Notes: generated from the letters alone by a model not told the origin. DNA of 64,000 nucleotides from Candidatus Gottesmanbacteria bacterium (GCA_023245335.1 JAHFKK010000001.1:1000019-1064018); one strand, 5' to 3'; shown: positions 27,238 to 37,905, counted from the first letter of the stretch. Numbers and translations are program-made.

Positions 27238-28461
27238 ATGAATATATCACTGACCGATCGATATCCTGCCCTGCGTTCCCGCGATTATCAGCTCCAGTGG
27301 ATCGGACAGTTCGTAAGTAACGCCGGTACCCAAATGCAAGTCGTGGCAATCAACTGGCAGTTATATGAGATGACGCACTCCCCGTTTGTATTGGCCATCT
27401 TAGGCGCTTCGCGGATCGTACCCGTCGTGTTGTTTTCCCTAATCGGCGGCACGATCGTCGACGCGCATAACCGGAAAAAAATACTTTATGTCACGCAAGC
27501 TGTTCAGGCAGTCATCGCGGCGCTGCAGGGATTTCTTACCTTCACCGGTCTCGCAAATCCCGTAAACCTCGTCGTGCTAAACGCGTTGCTCATCGCAGTA
27601 TACAGCCTCGATGGTCCCGCCCGGGCAGCGTTTATGCCGTCGCTCGTCAAACGCAAACACTACGGCAACGCGGTAAGCCTCAACATGATCGGGTACTACA
27701 TCTCAACCGTTGCGGGACCCGCGATCAGCGGGTTCGTCATCGCGTATCTGGGGGTAGCATCCGTATACTTTCTCGACGCTGTCTCATACGTCATTCTTTT
27801 ATTCACATTATTTGCCATCCAAGCCCACGGCAGGATCGAGGGTGATGTACAGCCCGCGAGCCTCGCAGCAATTATGGAAGGCCTGACGTTTATCAAATCC
27901 AAAACACTTATTTGGTCCACCATGCTTTTGGATTTCTTTGCCACGTTCTTTGCGGAAGCGACTATCCTCATCCCGGTATTTGCAAAAGACGTCCTTCACA
28001 TAGGCCCGGAGGGTATCGGGCTCTTGTACGCGGCCCCGTTTGTCGGCGGCACGATTATGGGTTTTGTCGCCGCTACCTACGGCAAACGCTTACATACCGG
28101 CCGCATACTCCTTTGGAGCATCATTATGTATGCTCTTGGCACCATCGTATTCGGCCTTTCTCATCTGTATTGGGTGAGCCTGGTCGCGTTAGTAGTAGTG
28201 GGCGCGGGAGACGGACTTTCCGCAGTCATCCGAAATATCATCCGACAGCTGTCAACGCCCGACCATATCCGTGGCAGGATGACTGCGATGAATCAGATAT
28301 TTTATTCCGGCGGACCTAATCTCGGCCAAGTGGAAGCAGGCGTCGTCGCCGGCCTTCTGGGCGCTCCCCTGTCCGTCATCGTCGGGGGCGTAGGGACGCT
28401 TATAGTCGTCGGCATCATGGGGTATGCAATTCCGGTATTACGCAATTATAAAGACGCCTAA
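27238..28461 (+). CDS. MFS transporter (EntS/H+-antiporter-like)
   Basis: GG..VD..NRK, PAR.A..P.LV, RQL.TPD..RGR. Confidence 0.9.
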   Translation: MNISLTDRYPALRSRDYQLQWIGQFVSNAGTQMQVVAINWQLYEMTHSPFVLAILGASRIVPVVLFSLIGGTIVDAHNRKKILYVTQAVQAVIAALQGFLTFTGLANPVNLVVLNALLIAVYSLDGPARAAFMPSLVKRKHYGNAVSLNMIGYYISTVAGPAISGFVIAYLGVASVYFLDAVSYVILLFTLFAIQAHGRIEGDVQPASLAAIMEGLTFIKSKTLIWSTMLLDFFATFFAEATILIPVFAKDVLHIGPEGIGLLYAAPFVGGTIMGFVAATYGKRLHTGRILLWSIIMYALGTIVFGLSHLYWVSLVALVVVGAGDGLSAVIRNIIRQLSTPDHIRGRMTAMNQIFYSGGPNLGQVEAGVVAGLLGAPLSVIVGGVGTLIVVGIMGYAIPVLRNYKDA

Positions 28462-28472
28462 ACTCCTGTGAA

Positions 28473-29909
28473 TTGTCCTCGGCAGCTACTTCTGATAGCC
28501 TAGATAGTGTGAAGAAACATGCCGTAAAATTCGTCCATCATGCTAAACACATCGCGCACCACCTTCGAAACCATCGGGCAATCACGCGGCGTAACGTGCT
28601 TCTTTTCTTCGTGGGACTGAACATTTTCTTTCTTTTCGTCATTATGATGAATACCATGAGTTTCCCGAACACTATGGTCGGCGGCGTCAACCTGGGACTC
28701 AAAACAAAAACCTATATACGAAACTATCTGGCCGGAGTATATGGCACACCATTTAAACTCACCATCAATTCCCATACGTACGATTTGAACTATGAGCACA
28801 TCGGGGTATATATGAACCCCGATGGCGCCATAAACGAAATATTTGCACCCAATACTAAGCCTTTTCCCGAAAACGTCGGGGCGTTTGTCGCGTCGGTCTT
28901 TCAGAAGCGTCCCGTAAAGATCCCATTGTCATTCTCCCAGGAATTCTACGAATACGTCACCAAAATAAACATCGCAGGAAGCAACCACAACGATATAGTG
29001 TACGTGAATCAGGAAAATAAACAGGTGACACTCTTCACGCCCGAACAACGATATCGTATAAATACCTCCCTATTTCAGACTGAACTCACGAAGCGGTTCG
29101 GGAGACACGAAGATGCGTTACTGGTCCCGCTGGTCGAAGTACCCAATACACTTGAAAAAGACGTAGAGGCAGCAAACACCAAACTCCTTGCCGCCTATAA
29201 AGATCCTCTCACCGTGATCGTCGGGATCAACAGTGCCAACCGCTTCCTCACCCTGTCGCCTGATGACCTCCGACGTTACACGGTTGCAAGTATTTCGGCC
29301 AATTCCCACGACGTACAACTCAACGTAAATAGCAAAGCGTTTGCCCCGGATCTCTCACGGGCTCTTGCCGTGTACACCGCATCGTTTAACCCGACGCTCG
29401 CAAGCGAAAAAATCGGTGACGAGATGAAAAACGCACTGCTTACCCGTATGACCGGCTCACCCATGGATTCCATCAAGGTCGGCATAGACAACGGGCCGAA
29501 TACGGACGGAGAAATAGCCACGAAATATATAGAGATCGATATTTCCCAACAAAAACTTTTCACATTCAACCAGGGCAAACTGGTGAAAACGTACCGCGTG
29601 TCTACCGGCAAGGACTACCCTACACCAGTCGGAAGATTTGCCATTCTCAATAAGGCAGGACTCGGATACTCATCGATCTATAACGTCTGGATGCCATACT
29701 GGATGGCGTTTTCGTTTTCCGACGTCTTGCACGCCTATTTCGGAATTCATGAGCTCCCTTATTACTACACCGGGGGGACGAAGATCCAACGCCCGAGGGA
29801 CTTCATCGGAGCGCCCAATACGGGCGGGTGTGTGGCTCTGGACATCGGTGACGCGAAAGAGGTTTACCAGTTTTCCGATATCGGTACCCCGGTCGTCATT
29901 TACCAATAG
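28473..29909 (+). CDS. L,D-transpeptidase (YkuD domain), membrane-anchored
   Basis: IEIDISQQKL, VSTG...PTP.G.F, GIH, TGGCV; start uncertain. Confidence 0.88.
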   Translation: MSSAATSDSLDSVKKHAVKFVHHAKHIAHHLRNHRAITRRNVLLFFVGLNIFFLFVIMMNTMSFPNTMVGGVNLGLKTKTYIRNYLAGVYGTPFKLTINSHTYDLNYEHIGVYMNPDGAINEIFAPNTKPFPENVGAFVASVFQKRPVKIPLSFSQEFYEYVTKINIAGSNHNDIVYVNQENKQVTLFTPEQRYRINTSLFQTELTKRFGRHEDALLVPLVEVPNTLEKDVEAANTKLLAAYKDPLTVIVGINSANRFLTLSPDDLRRYTVASISANSHDVQLNVNSKAFAPDLSRALAVYTASFNPTLASEKIGDEMKNALLTRMTGSPMDSIKVGIDNGPNTDGEIATKYIEIDISQQKLFTFNQGKLVKTYRVSTGKDYPTPVGRFAILNKAGLGYSSIYNVWMPYWMAFSFSDVLHAYFGIHELPYYYTGGTKIQRPRDFIGAPNTGGCVALDIGDAKEVYQFSDIGTPVVIYQ

Positions 29910-30474
29910 CACTTGCCGAACTGCGGACTTTCTTTACAATTGCGGTTGTCGAATTGACGTACGGCAACACCATGACAACGGGCTCTATCCGGGATCCCAA
30001 ATTACGATTGGCATAATCGACCGCACGGATCTTTTGCATGAAGTGCTGATCTTCTACCTCCATGGCTATCTTATCGGGATTCAACTGCACCAGAACATGC
30101 GCATTCTCCGGTATATCATCCGGCGGAATCGCGGTTTCGTCGACAAATACGGCGTCCACGTTCTCAAATTCGCTGACCACCACATCACGGAACCGTTCAA
30201 TGGGTCGGTCCGCACCCTTATACTTCACCGCATACTCAGCGGAGGCAAGTTTGAGTAATACTAAGTCCGCGTATTTTTTTGCTTCCCGTATATGCTGGAC
30301 GTGTCCCGGATGCGTGAGATCCCATGTACCCTCAAGTAGAATAACGGTCTTGCCGCGCTCATGTGCAACTTTCACGAATTCGCACGATTCATCCCGATTG
30401 AGAAGCTTATGTATGGGAGACAACTCTACTTCTCTCAGTTTGATGCGTGACGATACGAGACGTTCAACTGCCAT
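29896..30474 (-). CDS. Cytidylyltransferase family protein (RfaE/TagD-like)
   Basis: GTWDLTHPGH (HxGH), KG.DRP, STT.IV; start moved to avoid the tRNA. Confidence 0.85.
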   Translation of the reverse strand: MAVERLVSSRIKLREVELSPIHKLLNRDESCEFVKVAHERGKTVILLEGTWDLTHPGHVQHIREAKKYADLVLLKLASAEYAVKYKGADRPIERFRDVVVSEFENVDAVFVDETAIPPDDIPENAHVLVQLNPDKIAMEVEDQHFMQKIRAVDYANRNLGSRIEPVVMVLPYVNSTTAIVKKVRSSASAIGK

Positions 30475-30582
30475 ATGTATAAAACATTGGGCAGGAGGAT
30501 AGTAGCAGGTGTGGGTGATCATGGAGTCGCCCGCTTCCAACGCTAATGCGGAGCATTTGCGGGCAGGGACCATGCACCTTTG

Positions 30583-30654
30583 TGGGTCAGGATGGAGTCG
30601 GACCATCCACCTCTTTCTTATCAGGAAAGCGTTCTACCGCTGAACTACTGACCC
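30583..30654 (-). tRNA. tRNA-Ile(GAT)
   Basis: Acceptor GGGTCAG/CTGACCC, anticodon arm CTTTC-CTGATAA-GAAAG, T arm GATGG-TCCGACT-CCATC; CCA not encoded. Confidence 0.92.
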
Positions 30655-30744
30655 AAATGATATCCTAAGATGTCAGTAATTGTATCATACGTGCGTATAG
30701 GGCCTCAATTGAAACTTCGCCTCGATGCTGTTACGCTAACGGGT

Positions 30745-33144
30745 ATGTTTGACCGCTGGAAGCGATATCTTCCCGTTGGTATCATCATTCTTTTTTCTTT
30801 CTTCCTTTTCCGGAACTATTTTCTGAAAGGCCTGGTCCCGTTCCCGGCGAACTTACTGGTTGCGACATACGAGCCGTGGAGAAGTTATCCGGTGCCGGAA
30901 TATCCCAACGGTCCGCCGAATAAGCCCATGGGGTTTGACAACATCCGCATTTATTATCCTCTCAAAAAAGTAGCAATTGATCTCGTCAAACACGCGAAAC
31001 CTCCTTTGTGGAATCCATATAATTTCACCGGCAACCCGATACTCGCGACGTACCAGTCCGCGATATTTCACCCACTTTCATTTCTCTACCTCCTCCTTCC
31101 GCAAATCGATGCATGGAGTATTATCATCATCCTTCAGCCTATCCTTGCGGGACTTGCGATGTATGCGTTTCTTTCGGCATTGGAATTTTCGATGTCTGCG
31201 TGCCTATTGGGCGCCCTCACGTTTGCATTTTCCGGATTTTTCATCGTGTGGTGGGAAGAAGCCTTCATGTTCACCTACTCGGCATTATTCCTCCCGATCG
31301 CGCTTACCGCCGTTGAATTATTCCTCAAAAGCCGTCGCCGCATCTGGCTTGCCGTATTCGCACTGAGTCTTGCCGGTTCAATCGTATCGGGCGCATTCCA
31401 AATGACGTTTTATGTCTTCCTTTTTACGGCCGCCTGGATCACATACCGGCTGTGGCACGAAAAAAAGAAGTGGCAGTTTTTTGGGATGTTCCTGGGGGCA
31501 GGCATAATCGCCCTCCTTCTTGGAAGCGTTCATCTCCTCCCTAGCATGGAAGCATATTATCACTCCGCGCGTATATCCGCAGACGCCAAGTATATTTTTG
31601 ACGCGTACCTCCTGCCGCTTACACAGCTTATCACCCTCATCGCTCCCGACTATTTCGGCAACCCCGGCACGTATAACTATTTCGGATCAGGATTTTATCA
31701 CGAACGTATGATGTGGTTCGGCGTCGTGCCGCTTTTCTTTGTTCTCATGGAATTTATGCATCCGTCTCAAAAACGACATGCATTATTTTTCCGGATCGCA
31801 TTTCTGGTTACGCTTTCATTGGTCCTTGCTCTCCCCACGACATGGCTTCTCCTCTACTATCTCAAACTTCCGTTGCTTTCGACCCTGACCCCATCGCGCA
31901 TGATGATGCTGGTCACATTCTCGGCGGCGGTTCTTACCGCTTATGGCGTAGAAACATACTGGCAGGGAATCCAAAAACGGACGCTGGTCATAACAACGCT
32001 CCTCCTGGGAGCAAGCATTGCGGTCGCAGGCTTCTATCCTATCTACATCCATCATCTACAGCCCAAACTGACGATGTATTATATGGTGTCACTCCGAAAT
32101 CTCGTCATCCCGACGGCAAGTCTCGGCATCATCGTTATCACTCTTTTCGTGAGCCGGGTACATAAGCGACTCCGGCCGGTAGGTTTTGCTATCCTCACGG
32201 CGGTGCTACTCACCGGCAGCGTTCTGTTTGCGCAAAAATTTCTCTATTTTTCTGAACGGAGATTTATTTATCCGGCGACGCCAGTCCTTAGTGAATTGCA
32301 AAAACGCGCCGGGTTCGACCGATTTTGGACGTACGAGAATGGGTATATAGAAAAAAACTTCGCCACATACTATGGATTATTTAGTCCCGAAGGATACGAC
32401 TCCATCACCATCCGGCGGTACGGTGAACTATTGAGTTTCGCTGACTCGCACGGCGCCTCCATGACGTCTTCCCGTTCGGATGCGCTCATCCAGTCTACCG
32501 ACCATCTCAACAACATTCTCACCGATCCCTACAGGAAAAAACTTCTGGAGCTCCTGGACGTGCGGTATATCTTGCAACGGTTACTGCCTGACAGAAGCGA
32601 AAAAGCCGTATTGCCCGACCCTACGCAACTTCCGACTGTCTGGAAAGACAATACGTATGCAATTCATGAATATAAAGAGGCTCTCCCTCATGCTGCGTTA
32701 TATAGCTTGGTAGCGGTGATTCCCGACGGAAAAACAGAACTCACCGCCATGTTCGACACAACAACAGATATCCATACCCGTCTGTTTCTTGAACAAAAAC
32801 CGGAAGGATTAACCCTGAATCCCGAAGCAACAGGAACTGCTTCAATCACCGGTATACAACCGAATTCCGTCTCTATCCGGACGCAAACCACCGACGCCAT
32901 GATGCTTTTCCTTTCGGATGCATACTATCCGGGCTGGAATGCTTATATTGATAGTGTAAAAACTCCGGTGTATCGTGCGGACTATGCGTTTAGGGCCGTC
33001 GCAGTGCCCAAAGGAACCCATATAGTGATATTCAAATATGAGCCGCTGTCCTGGAAGTTAGGTCTCATACTATCGAGCATAGGAATAGTTTTCCTTGGAT
33101 TTCTCGTGCTAACAAAAAACATCACACAACTAAAAAAGAAGTAA
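30745..33144 (+). CDS. YfhO family GT-C membrane protein
   Basis: PLWNPY.F.G.P.LA, many transmembrane segments, LSDAYYPGW.A, RADYAFRAV.VP.G.H. Confidence 0.9.
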   Translation: MFDRWKRYLPVGIIILFSFFLFRNYFLKGLVPFPANLLVATYEPWRSYPVPEYPNGPPNKPMGFDNIRIYYPLKKVAIDLVKHAKPPLWNPYNFTGNPILATYQSAIFHPLSFLYLLLPQIDAWSIIIILQPILAGLAMYAFLSALEFSMSACLLGALTFAFSGFFIVWWEEAFMFTYSALFLPIALTAVELFLKSRRRIWLAVFALSLAGSIVSGAFQMTFYVFLFTAAWITYRLWHEKKKWQFFGMFLGAGIIALLLGSVHLLPSMEAYYHSARISADAKYIFDAYLLPLTQLITLIAPDYFGNPGTYNYFGSGFYHERMMWFGVVPLFFVLMEFMHPSQKRHALFFRIAFLVTLSLVLALPTTWLLLYYLKLPLLSTLTPSRMMMLVTFSAAVLTAYGVETYWQGIQKRTLVITTLLLGASIAVAGFYPIYIHHLQPKLTMYYMVSLRNLVIPTASLGIIVITLFVSRVHKRLRPVGFAILTAVLLTGSVLFAQKFLYFSERRFIYPATPVLSELQKRAGFDRFWTYENGYIEKNFATYYGLFSPEGYDSITIRRYGELLSFADSHGASMTSSRSDALIQSTDHLNNILTDPYRKKLLELLDVRYILQRLLPDRSEKAVLPDPTQLPTVWKDNTYAIHEYKEALPHAALYSLVAVIPDGKTELTAMFDTTTDIHTRLFLEQKPEGLTLNPEATGTASITGIQPNSVSIRTQTTDAMMLFLSDAYYPGWNAYIDSVKTPVYRADYAFRAVAVPKGTHIVIFKYEPLSWKLGLILSSIGIVFLGFLVLTKNITQLKKK

Positions 33145-33164
33145 TATCGCACGAACATACATAT

Positions 33165-33440
33165 ATGGCACTAGGATTTAGAATAGAAAAATTGCTTTTC
33201 GGAGAGAAGCGGGCAGAGATTAATGCGGCTGCCAGAAAAGCAGACAAGCTTTTGCGTAAACCCATACCACCTTTATTTGAAACGACGGTTCTTTATGTGG
33301 CAAGGAGCTATCTCAGTTGGGGAGCCGCTTCACAAGACAGACAACTCCAACTAGCTCAGTATATTGAAGCGGTCAGCGCAAAAATTCATATACAAACAGA
33401 GGGGAAAAAGGAGCTTAGACCAGCAAGAAAACAATCTTGA
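33165..33440 (+). CDS. Small hypothetical protein
   Basis: ORF follows YfhO; its stop codon lies inside the tRNA 3' duplicate. Confidence 0.5.
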   Translation: MALGFRIEKLLFGEKRAEINAAARKADKLLRKPIPPLFETTVLYVARSYLSWGAASQDRQLQLAQYIEAVSAKIHIQTEGKKELRPARKQS

Positions 33441-33451
33441 GGCGCGGAAGG
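33436..33451 (-). repeat. 16-bp duplicate of the tRNA-Cys 3' end (att-like)
   Basis: CTTGAGGCGCGGAAGG identical at 33436-33451 and 33542-33557. Confidence 0.85.
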
Positions 33452-33545
33452 TTGATGGTTGGTTAATGAGTAGATTCCGATATACGAATTTACCAACCAT
33501 CAATGTCGTGTACTCACGACGTGATTGACTGACTAATATCACTTG

Positions 33546-33617
33546 AGGCGCGGAAGGGAATCGAACCCTTGCATAGAAGTTTTGCAGACTCCCGCGTTAC
33601 CACTTCGCCACCGCGCC
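33546..33617 (-). tRNA. tRNA-Cys(GCA)
   Basis: GGCGCGG/CCGCGCC acceptor, U discriminator, anticodon loop CTGCAAA, GGTTCGATTCC; CCA not encoded. Confidence 0.95.
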
Positions 33618-33646
33618 ATATACACTACACTATTTCTATAGACATT

Positions 33647-33743
33647 CTCCCGCGTTATCCCCTTTGGGGATTGATCGGCTACTAAACTCTCGCGATAAGA
33701 TCGGGATCGTTAACTAGCCATCAAGCCAATCCCCACCGCGCCA
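33647..33743 (-). pseudogene. Interrupted copy of the tRNA-Cys 5' part
   Basis: TGGCGCGGTGG (33733-33743) and TAACGCGGGAG (33647-33657) match the tRNA, separated by a hairpin insert. Confidence 0.65.
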
Positions 33744-33778
33744 ATGTTTCTTATTGTACCAAGAACCTTCTTGCCACG

Positions 33779-36160
33779 CTAGCTTTTTCGTCGGCCAGTC
33801 CATGCAAATCCTAACCAGAATACAAACGATATTATAGATAATGCGATGCCCCAATTCAGTGACGCCGGTTCATACCGAAACATGACCGTATGTTTACCCT
33901 TGGGCACCACCACCCCCCGAAATGCATAGTTCGTCCGGTAGACCGTTACCTCGTTTTCGTCTACCGTCGCCTTCCAGCCCGGATAGTCGTTGTCGGATAA
34001 TACTAAAAACGCCATTGTCTGTGTTTGCGTATGGATACTCACACGGTCGGTCTCATAGGAAGAAATTGTAGCCGATCCAACGACCCCGTCAGTATGTATC
34101 CATCCGCTTACCGGGGTTTCGACAAACGACGTTGTAGCAAGATTCGTACCTTCCGCAAACATACTCATAAGTTCTTTGTCCGGGTCCGCAATTGATATCA
34201 CGCGGTTCGTAAGATATGCCCTTGGATATGCGGACTGCCTTTGGTATACAACCCAATTGGCATCTTCCCACAGCCGATCACAGTTCCTGGAATCTAACGG
34301 ATCTTTCGGCCTACAACTATTCATTTCTGATTTCCTGACCAGGAGTCCTTCCGTTCCGGTCATATCCCAAAACCGTTCACGGCGCTTTGAAAGCGCCGCA
34401 CTCACAGAAGCATCCGGAACTACCGTGACATCGCTTCTGAGTATTCCGTTGGATCTGTCCCCCGTATTGACATACGAAACCAGCTCGCCGTACCGCCTGA
34501 CGTATAACGGATCGTAATAATTATCGTCGTAAAAACGGTAATACGTCGCGAAATCAGTTGCAATGGACGCCGTGCCAGTATATGCCACCCTGTTAGGCGC
34601 AAACGACCGGAGCGCGGTAAGAAGTCTGTGTTGCGGCATGACATTTTGCGTGTTGGTAAATGGTATAAATTTGTACGCGTCGTAAGCACCGAATACCAAA
34701 ACAGTCATGATAACAATCCATCCGACGACGCGGCGGGAAACATTCGTATACAGTGAAATAAAAAGTGTCAGCATTATGATGCCGTAGGCCGCCGATTCGA
34801 GCATCGTATTCCGCAGAGCAATTGAGAAACACGCCGTTATAATGGGATTGTTACATGGAACATGCAATCGGACGAGTGTGATTGTGACAAAGAGTATTAT
34901 TCCCAACATCGCTCCGACGCCGATGATTAGCCACAACATAGTTCGCGTCTTCTTCACCCTCAGAAACGCATCCATTCCGAGTCCGGCAAGCATAGCTATG
35001 GCAAATGTAGCCATGCTCATGATCCGGGATGGAGCCCCGGTCGTAAGGATCGGAATCGGCAGCCGATAAAGAAACTCCGTTCCCCACCATCGGAGGGACA
35101 AGAGGACGGAACCGATAGCGACGCCGGCAAAAAATATCGGAAGCAAAGGGTGTTTCCCCTTGCGGAATACCATCGCAAATACGGCAAAGAGAAACGCACC
35201 GCTTCCGACCGATGAAACGCTTTCAATATATTCGACCCGACCCCAATAATTGTAGATCGCGGGATTGCCGAAAAAATTCGGGACGAGAACGGTGATGAAA
35301 TGCCCGATCGGGACGAGGAACTTCAAAAAAATAAATGCGGAAGTTTGGGTAGAAATCGCCGCCCTGGTCGAAAGTTCGGCAGTCGGAATGAGCTGAAATG
35401 CAACAAGCCCTAGACCCAAAATTCCTGCGATCACAAGCGTCATCCAAAGAGCAGTATCCTTCACCCTTCCGCTCTCGCGTACACGAAAAACCGCGTATGC
35501 CACAGCAACGAATAGCATGTAGAGGGATAACTGAGGGAATCCGGTCAATATAACCCAAGAAATCGCGACCGGCAGCCAGCCGACCCCACCCCTTCTTCTC
35601 AAAACGAGCCGATCAATGCTCCACAACAGAAACGGGAGTCCGGCGTACGCGTAGAGATATGTCCCGAATATGGAATTGGTGATGACATATCCCGAAACCA
35701 GCCACACTACTGCGGCAAATACCATCCCGACAGGAGTCATACCAAGGGATGCGGTATACAAAAAACTAAAGACCGCTATGGCCAGAAATTGCCCGACGTA
35801 CAGTGTTGTCCACGCGTGTGCGGGCGATGCGACGAAAAACGCGAGACTCAATGGATTTACCAAACCAAAATGTTGTATGGCAAAAAGCGGCTGACCGGCA
35901 CCATTATACGGATTCCATAACGGCAGGCGACCCTGACGCATAAGGTTTGCTGAAAGGACTTTAAAAGGAAATATCTGGCGGAAGACATCGTCTCCGATTG
36001 CTTTATGGGGAATTGCGGGTACGCCGTTTACTGCTGTGTCTGTCTTCCATGGCTCAAACCAAGCTCTTTGAAAATCTCCCGAAAACGGAACTACTCCGCG
36101 GGACCAGAGTATGGAAATGGCGACTATCGCAATAAGTACGACGGAGATATACCGACGCAT
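33779..36160 (-). CDS. YfhO family GT-C membrane protein
   Basis: PLWNPYNGAGQP, LSDNDYPGW.A, RTNYAFRGV.VP.G.H. Confidence 0.9.
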   Translation of the reverse strand: MRRYISVVLIAIVAISILWSRGVVPFSGDFQRAWFEPWKTDTAVNGVPAIPHKAIGDDVFRQIFPFKVLSANLMRQGRLPLWNPYNGAGQPLFAIQHFGLVNPLSLAFFVASPAHAWTTLYVGQFLAIAVFSFLYTASLGMTPVGMVFAAVVWLVSGYVITNSIFGTYLYAYAGLPFLLWSIDRLVLRRRGGVGWLPVAISWVILTGFPQLSLYMLFVAVAYAVFRVRESGRVKDTALWMTLVIAGILGLGLVAFQLIPTAELSTRAAISTQTSAFIFLKFLVPIGHFITVLVPNFFGNPAIYNYWGRVEYIESVSSVGSGAFLFAVFAMVFRKGKHPLLPIFFAGVAIGSVLLSLRWWGTEFLYRLPIPILTTGAPSRIMSMATFAIAMLAGLGMDAFLRVKKTRTMLWLIIGVGAMLGIILFVTITLVRLHVPCNNPIITACFSIALRNTMLESAAYGIIMLTLFISLYTNVSRRVVGWIVIMTVLVFGAYDAYKFIPFTNTQNVMPQHRLLTALRSFAPNRVAYTGTASIATDFATYYRFYDDNYYDPLYVRRYGELVSYVNTGDRSNGILRSDVTVVPDASVSAALSKRRERFWDMTGTEGLLVRKSEMNSCRPKDPLDSRNCDRLWEDANWVVYQRQSAYPRAYLTNRVISIADPDKELMSMFAEGTNLATTSFVETPVSGWIHTDGVVGSATISSYETDRVSIHTQTQTMAFLVLSDNDYPGWKATVDENEVTVYRTNYAFRGVVVPKGKHTVMFRYEPASLNWGIALSIISFVFWLGFAWTGRRKS

Positions 36161-36193
36161 AACACCATGTATTCTACGCTATTTGCTCGAGAG

Positions 36194-36883
36194 TTATAGC
36201 ACCGAGGAAATTTTTTCAAACGTGGCGCGGATAGCTTTGTCGGGAAACATCTGATCTTTGGTAAACTCGTTCGGCACTACGAAACACGTCACCCCTGCCG
36301 CGATTGCGGATGCCGCACCGACGGTAGAATCTTCTATCGCGATCGTCGTTTTTGGATTCGTATTGAGAAGCTCGATCGCCTTGAGGTACATATCGGGCGC
36401 CGGTTTTTTCGGCAGTCCGAAATCGCCCAGTGCCACGATAATCGGAAAATACTGAAGAAGGTTTGTCCCACGCAAATTCCGGATAACTTCCTCCCGATGG
36501 ACCTGCGAAGAAATCGCCATGAGGATACCTTTGGCATACAGGCGTTTGACTATGTCGACTGCGGGTTCGATAAGAACGATGCCATAATCCCGCTGCATTT
36601 GTTGGTACAGACCAAGTTTACGGTAATGTACCTTCAAAAAAATAGATTCAGAAAATTCCTTACCCAGACCGGTGAAGACCCGCTCATAAAATTTCAGCGG
36701 ATCGACCCCGACGCCTTCATGGACATAGAGTTCTTTGGTGAGCTCAATTCCCACTTCGGAAAGGGCGAGCTTGTGGGCGGCAAAATGATAGGATTCCGAG
36801 TCCACCAGTACGCCGTCCATATCCCACACCACGGCATATGCGTCGTCGAATAGTTTGGTAAATTGTGCGGTTTCTTCAGTCAT
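36194..36883 (-). CDS. HAD phosphatase (beta-PGM/CbbY-like)
   Basis: WDMDGVLVDSE, KKPAPD, IEDS..G. Confidence 0.9.
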   Translation of the reverse strand: MTEETAQFTKLFDDAYAVVWDMDGVLVDSESYHFAAHKLALSEVGIELTKELYVHEGVGVDPLKFYERVFTGLGKEFSESIFLKVHYRKLGLYQQMQRDYGIVLIEPAVDIVKRLYAKGILMAISSQVHREEVIRNLRGTNLLQYFPIIVALGDFGLPKKPAPDMYLKAIELLNTNPKTTIAIEDSTVGAASAIAAGVTCFVVPNEFTKDQMFPDKAIRATFEKISSVL

Positions 36884-36932
36884 GACCGACTTATTATGGC
36901 AGATTTATCACGGATTACAATGGGATTCCCAC

Positions 36933-36958
36933 AAAAAATCCCTGGCGGAGCCAGGGAA
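36933..36958 (-). terminator. Terminator of the 16S transcript
   Basis: TCCCTGG-CTCCG-CCAGGGA followed by T6. Confidence 0.75.
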
Positions 36959-37569
36959 ATTTGTTTAATCCACCCGATCTTCCTTTGCGCCTTACCTACT
37001 ATTCGTAGCGCGGCGCAAAGAGCGATCTTTAGCGGACTTCGGTGCCTTTAGCAACCGGATGGTGATAGGGTTCACCCAGAGCAATGAAAAGAAACCACAC
37101 CGCATAGAGCGGAAGCAATTATCTTTTCGTGCATAGGGTTAGGGATTTGAGAGAAAACTAGAAAAGATCATCCCGCTAAATGCGGAATATCTCGATCATG
37201 AACTAGTTTTCAAATAGAAAGGAGGTGATCCATCCCCAGCTTCGGCTAGGGATACCTTGTTACGACTTAGTCCCCATCGCTGAACTTACCTTCGACTCGT
37301 AAACGAATCTTCGGGTACTTTCAACTTTGGTGGCTTGACGGGCGGTGTGTACAAGACCCGAGAACGTATTCACCGCGGCCTGCTGATCCGCGATTACTAC
37401 CAATTCCAACTTCATGAGGTCGGGTTGCAGACCTCAATCTGAATTGAGGCGAAATTTTAGAGATTTGCTTGGCATTACTACCTTGCGTCCCGTTGTTATT
37501 CGCCATTGTAGGGTGTGTGTGGCCCAGGGCATAAGCGCCGTGCTGACTTGACGTCGTCCCCTCCTTCCT

Positions 37570-37693
37570 CCCCCTCTCTATAAACAGAAGTAAATAGTAA
37601 TGAGTAAATAGTAAGTAGATTAAAAACAAAAACGTTTTCTTTCTATTCACTACTCACTATTTACTATTCACTCTTCCGTCCATAGAGAGGGGG
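37570..37693 (-). repeat. Helix-40 expansion built from inverted heptamer arrays
   Basis: 12-bp closing stem CCCCCTCTCTAT/ATAGAGAGGGGG enclosing four GTAAATA-like units and their inverted copies. Confidence 0.85.
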
Positions 37694-37760
37694 CGGTCTC
37701 CGATGACACTTGTAACATCGGATAGGGGTTGCGCTCGTTGTCCCACTTAAGGGAACACCC

Positions 37761-37791
<31 letters not shown>

Positions 37792-37905
37792 GCTGTGCTA
37801 CCATCCTTGCGGATCCCCTCCCATTTCTGGATGGGTAAACGGTAGCATGTCAAACCCTGGTGAGGTCCTTCGCTTTGTCTCGAATTGAACCACACGCTCC
37901 ACTGG

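Noticed and set aside
30475..30606. N-terminal extension of the cytidylyltransferase
   Set aside because: Overlaps tRNA-Ile and its trailer; ATG at 30474 is more plausible
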